Origin: Gammaproteobacteria bacterium
GTDB lineage: Bacteria > Pseudomonadota > Gammaproteobacteria > Magnimaribacterales > AG-339-G14
Reading direction: 5' to 3'
Length of the DNA: 64,000 nt
Assembly (NCBI GenBank): GCA_003331625.1
Contig: QOPF01000003.1
Coordinates: forward strand, 12,355 to 76,354
The notes under the pieces: model-generated
What the model was told of the DNA's origin: nothing
What the model saw: only the letters and a program-made list of their open reading frames with translations
The model's database searches: none
In this document: positions 22,640 through 30,974 of the stretch, piece after piece
Position numbering within the stretch: position 1 is the first letter of the stretch
Layout of the letters: each line of letters starts with the position of its first letter
Program-made: the position numbers and the translations under genes

Positions 22640-23263
22640 TTAGTTTTTTTCTGCAGAAAATTCAATTACGTTTTTTGAATTTAAGAAATTTAAAATTGGA
22701 TCGAGAGTTAGGCCTTTAATAGTGGAATCATCTCCTTCGATTTCTTCGAAAAGAGAACTTCCTTGAGATTCAAATTTATAAGCCCCACATGCCATAAGTG
22801 GTTCATCAAGATCAATATAGCTATTTATTTCATTATCAGATAAAACTTTCATAGATAAAGCTGCCTGATCGTAATTCTGCCAAATTTCTTTGCCATCCAA
22901 ACAAATACTAATCCCGCAATTTTGATGATGTGTATTTCCTGAAAGCTTAGATAAAGTTTTAAAACAATTTTCTTTTGTTTTAGGTTTGCTGAAAATTTCA
23001 TTTTCAAAACAACATATTTGGTCAGAACCAATCACATAAGAATCGGGATTTTTTATACTCACTGCAATGGCTTTTGCTTTTGCCAAAGAAAGACAAATAA
23101 GTTTTAAATCACTTGTCTGAAGAGATTTTTTAATTTCAGACTCGTCCACATCAGAAAGTACGATATCGAAAATCATACCAGAATCGTCTAATATCTTTTT
23201 TCGTATGGAGGACCCAGACGCAAGAATTATGGATTTTAAAGTTCGAAAATTTCTTTTGTTCAA
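22640..23263 (-). CDS. Maf-family nucleoside triphosphate pyrophosphatase
   Basis: IILASGS..R, VDE, KA, GSDQ, KP and CGAY..E motifs. Confidence 0.88.
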   Translation of the reverse strand: MNKRNFRTLKSIILASGSSIRKKILDDSGMIFDIVLSDVDESEIKKSLQTSDLKLICLSLAKAKAIAVSIKNPDSYVIGSDQICCFENEIFSKPKTKENCFKTLSKLSGNTHHQNCGISICLDGKEIWQNYDQAALSMKVLSDNEINSYIDLDEPLMACGAYKFESQGSSLFEEIEGDDSTIKGLTLDPILNFLNSKNVIEFSAEKN

Positions 23264-23874
23264 GCTTGGTTTGGCTTTATAAGATTCATAAATTCTGATC
23301 TCGTAGTAGGATTTTCTTTAAAAGCTCCTAACATTCTACTGGTAACAGTACTGGTTTCAGTTTTATGAATACCTCTTGTAGTCATGCATTGATGTGCTGC
23401 ATCAATAACAACGGCTACGCCTTTTGGCTTTAATACATCATTAATTGTGTCTGCGACTTGAGCAGTCATAGTTTCTTGAGTTTGAAGTCTTTTACCAAAA
23501 ATATCTATGATCCTTGCGAGTTTACTTATTCCAACAACTCTTTTGTTCGGAATATAGCCAACATGAGCAACTCCTAAAATCGGAACCATGTGATGTTCGC
23601 AATGAGATTCGACTCTAATTCCCTTTACTATTACCATCTCATCATATCCTTCTACCTGCTCAAAAGTTTTTGATAAAGCTTCAACAGGATCTTCGTCATA
23701 TCCCGCGAAAAATTCACCATAAGCTTTGATAACTCTTTTGGGAGTCTCAATAAGGCCTTCTCTTGAAGGGTCATCTCCAGCAAAAGCTAATAGCGTTTTA
23801 ACTGCCGCCATAGCTTCTTCTTCTGAGGGCCTGATTACTGGAATAGGTTTACTTGCGAAATTCTTTTTTGTCAT
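23260..23874 (-). CDS. folE: GTP cyclohydrolase I
   Basis: REGL.ETP.RV, SHCEHH, GISK.AR, RLQ.QE and HQCM..RG motifs. Confidence 0.96.
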   Translation of the reverse strand: MTKKNFASKPIPVIRPSEEEAMAAVKTLLAFAGDDPSREGLIETPKRVIKAYGEFFAGYDEDPVEALSKTFEQVEGYDEMVIVKGIRVESHCEHHMVPILGVAHVGYIPNKRVVGISKLARIIDIFGKRLQTQETMTAQVADTINDVLKPKGVAVVIDAAHQCMTTRGIHKTETSTVTSRMLGAFKENPTTRSEFMNLIKPNQA

Positions 23875-23926
23875 AATTATTTATAAGTTTTGAATTAAGG
23901 ATATTTATAATACAGATATTTAAATA

Positions 23927-24274
23927 TTATTCATCATCTTCGCTTGGCAAAGAGTTGAAAGGAAAAGGCCTTTCTGAACTGCTATAAGTAACGAAATCAA
24001 TTATTTGAACGATGTAATTTCTTAATTTTATTGAAAACTTAGATAAATGAGCACTAGGTTCTTTAGTAAATACCGAAAAGAGAAACTGAGCGGCAGCAAT
24101 AATCCATAAGATAAAATCTAAGAAACCTAATAAAAACAAATAAAGTATTACTAAACCGGCTGTAATCCAAGTAGATGGGTGCTTTACCTTATCAGGAATT
24201 ACATCCCTAAAAGTATTGGTTTCTTCCGTTGATGCTTCTGCTTCATCAGGTTGTTTTTTTTTATCCTCAGTCAT
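23927..24274 (-). CDS. DUF4389-like small membrane protein
   Basis: Hydrophobic helices, QFLF, C-terminal ERPFPF motif. Confidence 0.7.
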   Translation of the reverse strand: MTEDKKKQPDEAEASTEETNTFRDVIPDKVKHPSTWITAGLVILYLFLLGFLDFILWIIAAAQFLFSVFTKEPSAHLSKFSIKLRNYIVQIIDFVTYSSSERPFPFNSLPSEDDE

Positions 24275-25269
24275 TAGGTATCAATGTTACCACTTTCATT
24301 AAGAAAGTTTAAAAAACATTTTTTTGGGTTTTTATTTAAATAAATAATTTGATACAAAACATCAACTATAGGCATTTTTATTCTAAAATTATTTTTTTTT
24401 TGATAAATAACTTTTAAAGTGCCAAAACCTTCCACGGATTGGTCAATTTTATCTAATGCTTCCTTTGGGGAAATACCCTGGCCTAAAAAAAAACCAAAGG
24501 AATAATTTCTACTTTTAGTTGAGCTACTAGTAGCAATCAAATCTCCAACTCCTGATAATCCTAACAGGGTTTTTGGATTAGCTTTTATTTCTTGAAATAA
24601 ATTAGACATTTCTTTAAGAGCCCTGGTTAAAAGCATTGCCTTAGTATTAGACTCAAAGCCCAAACCATCTGAAAGCCCTGAACAAATAGCATAAAGATTT
24701 TTAAGAGCACCAGACATCTCTACTCCTTTTATATCTTGAGAAATAAAAGTCTTGAAATATTTAGTATTAAATAATTGTGATACTTTTTCTAATGTACTTA
24801 AATTCTTTCCTGCAATAACCGATGCAGATATATTTTTTCGCATTATTTCATCTGCAATATTTGGTCCTGATAAAACCATCACGCTCTTTTTTGGAAATTT
24901 AGTTTCTTGAATGAAAACTTCACTCATTGTCATAAAAGATTTTTTCTCTATCCCTTTTGTAAGAATTAATACTTTTTGATTTGTTAAGTATTTAGAAATT
25001 TTTCTAGAAAATTCCTTAAAGTATTTTGATGGAATTGCAATTATTAATAATTGCGATGAATTTATTGCTTTCTCAAGATTATTTTGAATTAACAAATTTT
25101 TTGATAATTCATAATCAGGAAGGTATTTTTTATTGTAAAGCTTATTTTTTCTTTTGATAAAAATATTTGAATTTCTATTCCAAAGAGAAACATCAAGTCC
25201 TTTTTCTGCCAATAAATTTGCTAAAGTTGTTCCCCAAGATCCTCCGCCTAAAATAGCTATTTTCTTCAT
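24274..25269 (-). CDS. gpsA: NAD(P)H-dependent glycerol-3-phosphate dehydrogenase
   Basis: GGGSWGT, TKGIE, LSGPN, GALKN and GDL.AT..S..SRN motifs. Confidence 0.95.
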   Translation of the reverse strand: MKKIAILGGGSWGTTLANLLAEKGLDVSLWNRNSNIFIKRKNKLYNKKYLPDYELSKNLLIQNNLEKAINSSQLLIIAIPSKYFKEFSRKISKYLTNQKVLILTKGIEKKSFMTMSEVFIQETKFPKKSVMVLSGPNIADEIMRKNISASVIAGKNLSTLEKVSQLFNTKYFKTFISQDIKGVEMSGALKNLYAICSGLSDGLGFESNTKAMLLTRALKEMSNLFQEIKANPKTLLGLSGVGDLIATSSSTKSRNYSFGFFLGQGISPKEALDKIDQSVEGFGTLKVIYQKKNNFRIKMPIVDVLYQIIYLNKNPKKCFLNFLNESGNIDT

Positions 25270-25274
25270 AATAG

Positions 25275-26144
25275 TTAAGAAGAAATGAATTCTTCAGCTT
25301 TTTTTCCATAAAGATCCCACCACCTATCTCCAAGGGCTTTGATAGAGTCTAAATTTCTTTTAGATGTATTATCAAATGAAGATTCAATTCCAGAAAGTTC
25401 TGAGTCTACTCTTAAATAATTTTCTTCAAATAAAGATTGTGCAATAACGTGTTCAATATTCGACTCCATAAGAATCTGTATTATCCCAGCGTTTAGCCAA
25501 GCTAAAGATCCCCATTTTCTAGCTCTCCTTCCATCAAGTCTTTTTGAGTTATATCCTGTTCCAATACTGAGAATTTTAATATCTTCATTTGGCCACAGTT
25601 TTTTTGCTTCTGAGTAGGCAATCAATACAGGGTTATTTGTAGAAACTGCTCCATCAAGATACCACTTGCCTTCTATGGACTCAGCAGGAAAATATGTAGG
25701 TGCTGCTGATGTCGCAGCGGCAACTCTTCTTGCAGGAAGATATCCTTCTTTCCAAGACTTAAACATTTTGACTCTTCTTTTTTCTAAATCAAAAGCTGTA
25801 ATAATTAAAGGAACTTTTGAGGAGCCTAAATCTTCAGCACCAAAATATTCATCAAAAGTTTTTCTTTTTATTTTACCTGCATATTTAGATCCTAATATTC
25901 TGTATCTAAAAGGAGAAAAGATTTTTTTTAGATTTTCTTTTGAATAAATTTTAACTAAATCTTCGCCTTCGAGATCTAAAATAGAAATGGCTAAAGAAAT
26001 AATACCTCCTGTAGAAGTACCAACTAGTAAGTCAAAACTCTCAGATAGCTTTTTTGGTATTTTTTTATCAAGTTTGCTCAGAAAATTTGCTGATGCTAAA
26101 CCTCTTACTCCGCCTCCGTCTATAGACAAAACATATTTAGTCAT
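25275..26144 (-). CDS. Patatin-like phospholipase
   Basis: LSIDGGGVRG oxyanion loop, GTSTG nucleophile, SAAPTYF and DGA motifs. Confidence 0.92.
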   Translation of the reverse strand: MTKYVLSIDGGGVRGLASANFLSKLDKKIPKKLSESFDLLVGTSTGGIISLAISILDLEGEDLVKIYSKENLKKIFSPFRYRILGSKYAGKIKRKTFDEYFGAEDLGSSKVPLIITAFDLEKRRVKMFKSWKEGYLPARRVAAATSAAPTYFPAESIEGKWYLDGAVSTNNPVLIAYSEAKKLWPNEDIKILSIGTGYNSKRLDGRRARKWGSLAWLNAGIIQILMESNIEHVIAQSLFEENYLRVDSELSGIESSFDNTSKRNLDSIKALGDRWWDLYGKKAEEFISS

Positions 26145-26200
26145 TGTTATTTATAGGTAAATTAAGCATATTATCATCGAAACTATACTTACTATTTAAA

Positions 26201-27640
26201 ATGAATTCATTGAGTGCTAAAAAAATAGGGTTTTGGGTAGGTTTGATTATTTTTATAGTCATTTATTTTTTACCTTCACCTTCTGATCTTTCTAACGAAG
26301 GCAAGCTAACCGCTGCGATATTCTTATTGATGGGGATATGGTGGGCTACTGAAGCAATGCCTTTATATGCTACGGCATTATTGCCCTTAATTTTTTTTCC
26401 TCTCTTGGGTATTGATCCTATTGGTATTGTAAGCAAAGAATATATGAATAAAGTCCAATTTTTATTCGCTGGTGGATTTATGATTGGAATTGCAATGCAA
26501 AAATGGGATTTACATAAAAGAATTGCACTTAACATTTTAAAATTCAGTGGGTTGCAAGCTAAAAATATAGTAGCAGCATTCATGTTAACGAGTGCAATTT
26601 TAAGTATGTGGGTTATGAATACTTCTACGGCAATAATGCTTTTACCAATAGGGATATCTGTAATTGCAGTGATAAATGAAACGGTTAAAGATATTGCACC
26701 CAAAGAAAGTAAAAACTTTCAATTTGCTCTTTTACTAGGAATTGCTTATGCAGCATCATTAGGAGGTATTTCAACTCCAATAGGAACTTCGCCGAATGGA
26801 TACTTGATTCAATATGCAAACGATAACTTTAATCAAGACATTGGCTTTATAAGCTGGCTTGCAATAGGTTTACCAGTTACTTTGGTGATGGTTCCTTTAG
26901 TTTGGTATATTTTGACCTCTTTAATTTTTCCTATCAATTTTAAAGCTTCGCCAGAAACAAACGATAAATTAAAGAGCATGCTTAAAGAACTAGGACAAAT
27001 TACTTCTGAGCAAAAAAGAGTTGCAATAATTTTTTCCATTACAGCCTTTTGCTGGGTTTTTAGAAAATTGTTAGATGACCTCCCTGGTTTATATTTTTTA
27101 GAAGACGCCGTAATAGCAATGATAGGTGGCATTTCATTATTTTTCGTAAGCTCTTCTTCTAAATCAGACTATTTACTCAATTGGGATGACTTGCAGCAAA
27201 AATTTCCCTGGGGGCTTATTTTTTTATTTGGTGGAGGTATGGCTTTAGCCTTTGAAGTAAATTCAACTGGATTAGCGTCTTGGCTTGCTAATTTGATTCC
27301 ATCTGATATCAACCCTATTTTAGTAACGGCAATGATTATTTTATTAGTTTTACTGCTAACTGAATTGACAAGCAATTTAACTACTACTATTACTTTTATG
27401 CCTGTCATTGCAAGTGTGGGATTCAACTTAGATATAAATCCTCTTCTATTAACCCTGCCTCTAACAATTGTTGCAAGTTGTGCCTTTATGTTGCCTGTAG
27501 CAACGCCGCCAAATTCAATTATTTATGCATCAAATTTAGTACCTGTTCAACAAATGGTTAGGGCTGGAATTTTTATAAACATAATTTCATTTGCATATAT
27601 TCTTCTTCTTTCAGTCTTTTATTACCCCCTAGTTATGTAG
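26201..27640 (+). CDS. SLC13/DASS family sodium:dicarboxylate or sulfate symporter
   Basis: WW.TEA, SMW..NTST, TPIGT.PN, TE..SN and AFMLPVATPPN motifs; ATG at 26201 preferred. Confidence 0.92.
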   Translation: MNSLSAKKIGFWVGLIIFIVIYFLPSPSDLSNEGKLTAAIFLLMGIWWATEAMPLYATALLPLIFFPLLGIDPIGIVSKEYMNKVQFLFAGGFMIGIAMQKWDLHKRIALNILKFSGLQAKNIVAAFMLTSAILSMWVMNTSTAIMLLPIGISVIAVINETVKDIAPKESKNFQFALLLGIAYAASLGGISTPIGTSPNGYLIQYANDNFNQDIGFISWLAIGLPVTLVMVPLVWYILTSLIFPINFKASPETNDKLKSMLKELGQITSEQKRVAIIFSITAFCWVFRKLLDDLPGLYFLEDAVIAMIGGISLFFVSSSSKSDYLLNWDDLQQKFPWGLIFLFGGGMALAFEVNSTGLASWLANLIPSDINPILVTAMIILLVLLLTELTSNLTTTITFMPVIASVGFNLDINPLLLTLPLTIVASCAFMLPVATPPNSIIYASNLVPVQQMVRAGIFINIISFAYILLLSVFYYPLVM

Positions 27641-27659
27641 TAAAATTTTGAAATAGTGT

Positions 27660-27881
27660 TGCACTAGGTTCAGCATCAGGGGTGCCTATAAAGTGCGTTT
27701 AATTATTACCCTGTGAAGGAGGTGGTCCAAATTAGTATTAACAAATTAGCAGGAATTTCAGGGGATGCCTCTTGACAACGGGTTAAACCGATTCCGACCT
27801 TTTGCCGGTTCGCCCGCATAAGGTAAGAACAAAGTTGAAATACTTTTTCTTAAGCCCCGTCAGTAATGGCGGGGTTTTTTT
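27660..27881 (+). ncRNA. Putative structured non-coding RNA (or sORF-bearing RNA) of unassigned family
   Basis: GC-richer 240-nt gap between convergent genes in an otherwise nearly gapless region; several nested helices can be drawn by hand; ends in a plus-strand terminator. Confidence 0.62.
27852..27881 (+). terminator. Intrinsic terminator
   Basis: GCCCCGTCA-GTAA-TGGCGGGGT hairpin followed by a T7 run. Confidence 0.88.
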
Positions 27882-28680
27882 ATTCGCTTAAATCGTGCCC
27901 CGAAGAAGATATGGTTCCACCATCGCAAGTGATAGTTTCACCAACTGTATAAGATCCTGCTTTAGAAGATAAATATATAGCCAAGCCACCAACATCCTCT
28001 GCTCTTCCCATTCTATGAACTGGATTTCTAGAAATTATTCCTTCATAGTTATGTTCGACCGCTGCTCCAAGCATATCACTAGGAAATGGACCAGGAGCAA
28101 TAGCATTCACTAGAATGTTTTCTTTTACAAGGCGGGCAGCAAGTACCCTGGTCATGTGATGAACTGAAGCTTTTGATGCGCTGTATGGATAAGTTTCAAA
28201 AACTGGAGTTCCAATACCGTCTATAGATCCAATATTAATAACTCTTGCAGGATCATCCTGTGAAGCCGACTTTCTTAGTAAAGGAAGAAATTTTTGAGTT
28301 GAAAAAAATACACTTTTTACGTTTAAATCCATAACTTTATCCCAGCCTCTTTCTGTAAATTTGTCAATTGGTTCGGCCCAAGCTGCTCCAGCATTGTTCA
28401 CTAAAATATCAATACTTTCTTCTAGAGACTCAACATCTCTAACGAAAGAATCAATTCCTTCTACAGACGACAAGTCAGATGGCAAGGAAATACATTGAGC
28501 ATCATATCTTTCGGATAATTCTATTGCTTTGGCATCACAAATATCTGCTTTTCTAGATGTTATATAAACTCTTGCTCCATTTGCTAAATATGCTGAGGCT
28601 ATCATTTCTCCTATACCTCTTGATCCGCCCGTAACTACAGCAACTTTATTTTTAACTGAAAAAATCTCATCAATTTTCAT
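27880..28680 (-). CDS. Short-chain dehydrogenase/reductase (RhlG/FabG-like)
   Basis: TGGSRGIG, NNAG, YSASK and NAIAPGPFPS motifs. Confidence 0.9.
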   Translation of the reverse strand: MKIDEIFSVKNKVAVVTGGSRGIGEMIASAYLANGARVYITSRKADICDAKAIELSERYDAQCISLPSDLSSVEGIDSFVRDVESLEESIDILVNNAGAAWAEPIDKFTERGWDKVMDLNVKSVFFSTQKFLPLLRKSASQDDPARVINIGSIDGIGTPVFETYPYSASKASVHHMTRVLAARLVKENILVNAIAPGPFPSDMLGAAVEHNYEGIISRNPVHRMGRAEDVGGLAIYLSSKAGSYTVGETITCDGGTISSSGHDLSE

Positions 28681-28688
28681 TGTTTCTC

Positions 28689-29018
28689 CTAATTATTGAT
28701 TTTTATAATTTTTGGCTGAACAAATTTATCATCTTTATCACAAATCATGTAACTACAAATTATAACTAGATCGCCAGCTTTTGCTTTATGAGCTGCGGCT
28801 CCATTAAGGGATATTTCTTTCTTACCTTTTTCTTCTGAAAAAGCATAGGTAATGAATCTATTGCCATTTGTAATGTTATAAATGTGTACTTGCTCAAATT
28901 CCTTTATGCCTAATTCTTCCATCCAGTTCAAATCAATTCCACAAGAACCATCGTAATCAGGATTTGTTGACGTTACTTTAACTCTGTGTAACTTAGATTT
29001 AAGAACGGTTATGAACAT
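28689..29018 (-). CDS. panD: Aspartate 1-decarboxylase
   Basis: LKSKLHR, Y.GS self-cleavage site, NG.RF.TY, LNGAAAH and GDLVII..Y motifs. Confidence 0.95.
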   Translation of the reverse strand: MFITVLKSKLHRVKVTSTNPDYDGSCGIDLNWMEELGIKEFEQVHIYNITNGNRFITYAFSEEKGKKEISLNGAAAHKAKAGDLVIICSYMICDKDDKFVQPKIIKINN

Positions 29019-29026
29019 AATATTAA

Positions 29027-29105
29027 TGGCGGACCGGACGGGGCTCGAACCCGCGACCTCCGCCGTGACAGGGCGGCGTTCTAACCAGAACTGAACTACC
29101 GGTCC
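29027..29105 (-). tRNA. tRNA-Asp (GTC)
   Basis: GGACCGG/CCGGTCC acceptor stem, anticodon loop CTGTCAC, GTTCGAG, CCA. Confidence 0.96.
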
Positions 29106-29174
29106 AATTTAGGAAAACAATTATACATAGTATGAAAAGAAAGTAACTTACAAAAATGAAATCAGATAATTGTT

Positions 29175-30770
29175 TTAAATCAAAACCTTTTGATGATTTA
29201 TCCTAAATGAAATTGGTTCTAGATTTGTGTAGTTTTTTGATTTAACAGATGAGACGTACTTGAATTTTACATCAACGTAATCTGAATATATTTCGAGTTC
29301 TACATACCCTTTATTTTTTCCATCTGTCCAGACAAGATCTTTGTTAGATTCAATAGATGATTTATCGATAGCATCAGTAAATTGTCCAAAAGTATCTATA
29401 AAATTTGGCGAGGTTATTGAAGGAGCACCTATTTCAATACCTTTGAAATTTTTTTCTTTATCGAACAAATTTGAAATCCAAGAATTATGAGAATCTCCTG
29501 CAAGAACAAGATTAGATTGAGAGTTGTTTATGGCCTTATAAAACTTTTCTCTATCTTTGGGATATCCATCCCAAGAATCAGTGTTGTAGGGAATATTCTT
29601 ACCAGCCAATGATAAATATTTGTGTAAAAATTTTGGAAAATTTTCCTTATCTGCAGCTTTTAAAATATGAGGTAAGTATTTTGGTCCAATTAAAATTTGT
29701 TGGCCAAATATAGACCACTTAAAAGATTTATTAACTTTTGACCTTATCCAGTTAAATTGTTCCTTGCCGAGTAATTTTCTTGGCTTATTAAGATCTTTTA
29801 AAAAATTTACTTGGTCAAAAGAATTTTCTTTAAAATAATTTTCTATATCTAATTGTTTGTTTCTTTCATATGATCTCGTATCTAACATCATAAGATTGAT
29901 AAGATTTCCTACTTTGAAATTACGCCATATTTTGTCTTTACGACCCTTTTCACGAATTGGCATCCATTCATAATATGCCTGCAGCGCATTTTTTTTTCTC
30001 TTTGCGAAAGACCCTTCTTCATATGAATGGTTTTGAGCACCCTTCTTCCAACTATCATTTGTGAACTCATGATCATCCCAAACCGAAATCATAGGTTTTC
30101 TTTGATGTAATAGTTTTAGATCGGCATCAGATCTATATGTTGCGTACCTTTTTCTATAATCATCTAGTGATAGCATTTCATGCCTGGGGTTTACTATCCT
30201 GCCCATTTTTTCTGCATCCTTTGAACCATATCCTCCATGACCATACTCATAAAGGTAATCTCCAAGATGCAGAACTAGATTAATTTTTTCATTATTAGCT
30301 ATTTCTTTATAAGCATTAAAATATCCTGCTGGATAGTTTGAGCAACTGCAAAAAGCAATATTAAAGTTTGTTGGATTTTCTATAGGTAAAGTTGATGTCG
30401 TTCCAATTTCTGAATTTTTTCCATCAGCCAAGAATCGATAGTAAAGTTTTTTACCGTTATATTGCCTAGGAATTTTTGCATCAACTTTGACAGTATAATC
30501 GTTTTTTGAATTTGTTCTTGCATGACCAAAAGTAACCAAATTTGAAAAATTACTTAAAGTAGATACTTCCCATCTAACTCTAATTTCGGGATTGCCTATT
30601 GGTAGAATTTTTGTCCATAAAATAACGTTAGTGTTGGTCGGATCGCCACTTGCAACTCCATATTTAAAAGATATAACAGTATCTTTTTTAAAGGATGGAA
30701 AAATACGTAAGGGTAAAAATAATAAAAGTAACGCTAAGCTCTTTAAAAATTTTCTTCTGTATCTATTCAC
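29175..30770 (-). CDS. phoD: PhoD-family alkaline phosphatase/phosphodiesterase, Tat-exported
   Basis: RRKFLK twin-arginine signal, GVASGDP, HLGDY.YE, WDDHE..ND, LDTR and GDSH motifs; GTG start. Confidence 0.92.
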   Translation of the reverse strand: MNRYRRKFLKSLALLLLFLPLRIFPSFKKDTVISFKYGVASGDPTNTNVILWTKILPIGNPEIRVRWEVSTLSNFSNLVTFGHARTNSKNDYTVKVDAKIPRQYNGKKLYYRFLADGKNSEIGTTSTLPIENPTNFNIAFCSCSNYPAGYFNAYKEIANNEKINLVLHLGDYLYEYGHGGYGSKDAEKMGRIVNPRHEMLSLDDYRKRYATYRSDADLKLLHQRKPMISVWDDHEFTNDSWKKGAQNHSYEEGSFAKRKKNALQAYYEWMPIREKGRKDKIWRNFKVGNLINLMMLDTRSYERNKQLDIENYFKENSFDQVNFLKDLNKPRKLLGKEQFNWIRSKVNKSFKWSIFGQQILIGPKYLPHILKAADKENFPKFLHKYLSLAGKNIPYNTDSWDGYPKDREKFYKAINNSQSNLVLAGDSHNSWISNLFDKEKNFKGIEIGAPSITSPNFIDTFGQFTDAIDKSSIESNKDLVWTDGKNKGYVELEIYSDYVDVKFKYVSSVKSKNYTNLEPISFRINHQKVLI

Positions 30771-30816
30771 TAAACAAATTTAGCATTAATAAATGTTTTT
30801 GGATAAGAGATTTTTT

Positions 30817-30892
30817 TGGTGGGCGACACAGGACTTGAACCTGTAACTTCCACCTTGTAAGGGTGGCACTCTACCAATTGAGTTAGTCGCCC
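30817..30892 (-). tRNA. tRNA-Val (TAC)
   Basis: GGGCGAC/GTCGCCC acceptor stem, anticodon loop CTTACAA, GTTCAAGTC, CCA. Confidence 0.96.
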
Positions 30893-30974
30893 GAGGAAAA
30901 AGTATTATACCCAAATTGAATTTAATCAAAATGGACATTGAGAAGAAATTAGTGCATATTTTTTTTAACTAATT

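Noticed and set aside
25275-26144. Patatin as a CBASS CapV effector
   Set aside because: No CD-NTase or other defence gene is adjacent; the context is lipid housekeeping (gpsA)
27660-27850. tmRNA, TPP riboswitch, SRP or RNase P identity for the intergenic RNA
   Set aside because: No T-arm with CCA end or Ala-rich tag; AGGGGTGC is not followed by the TPP CTGAGA motif and no gene lies downstream on that strand; SRP and RNase P core motifs are absent
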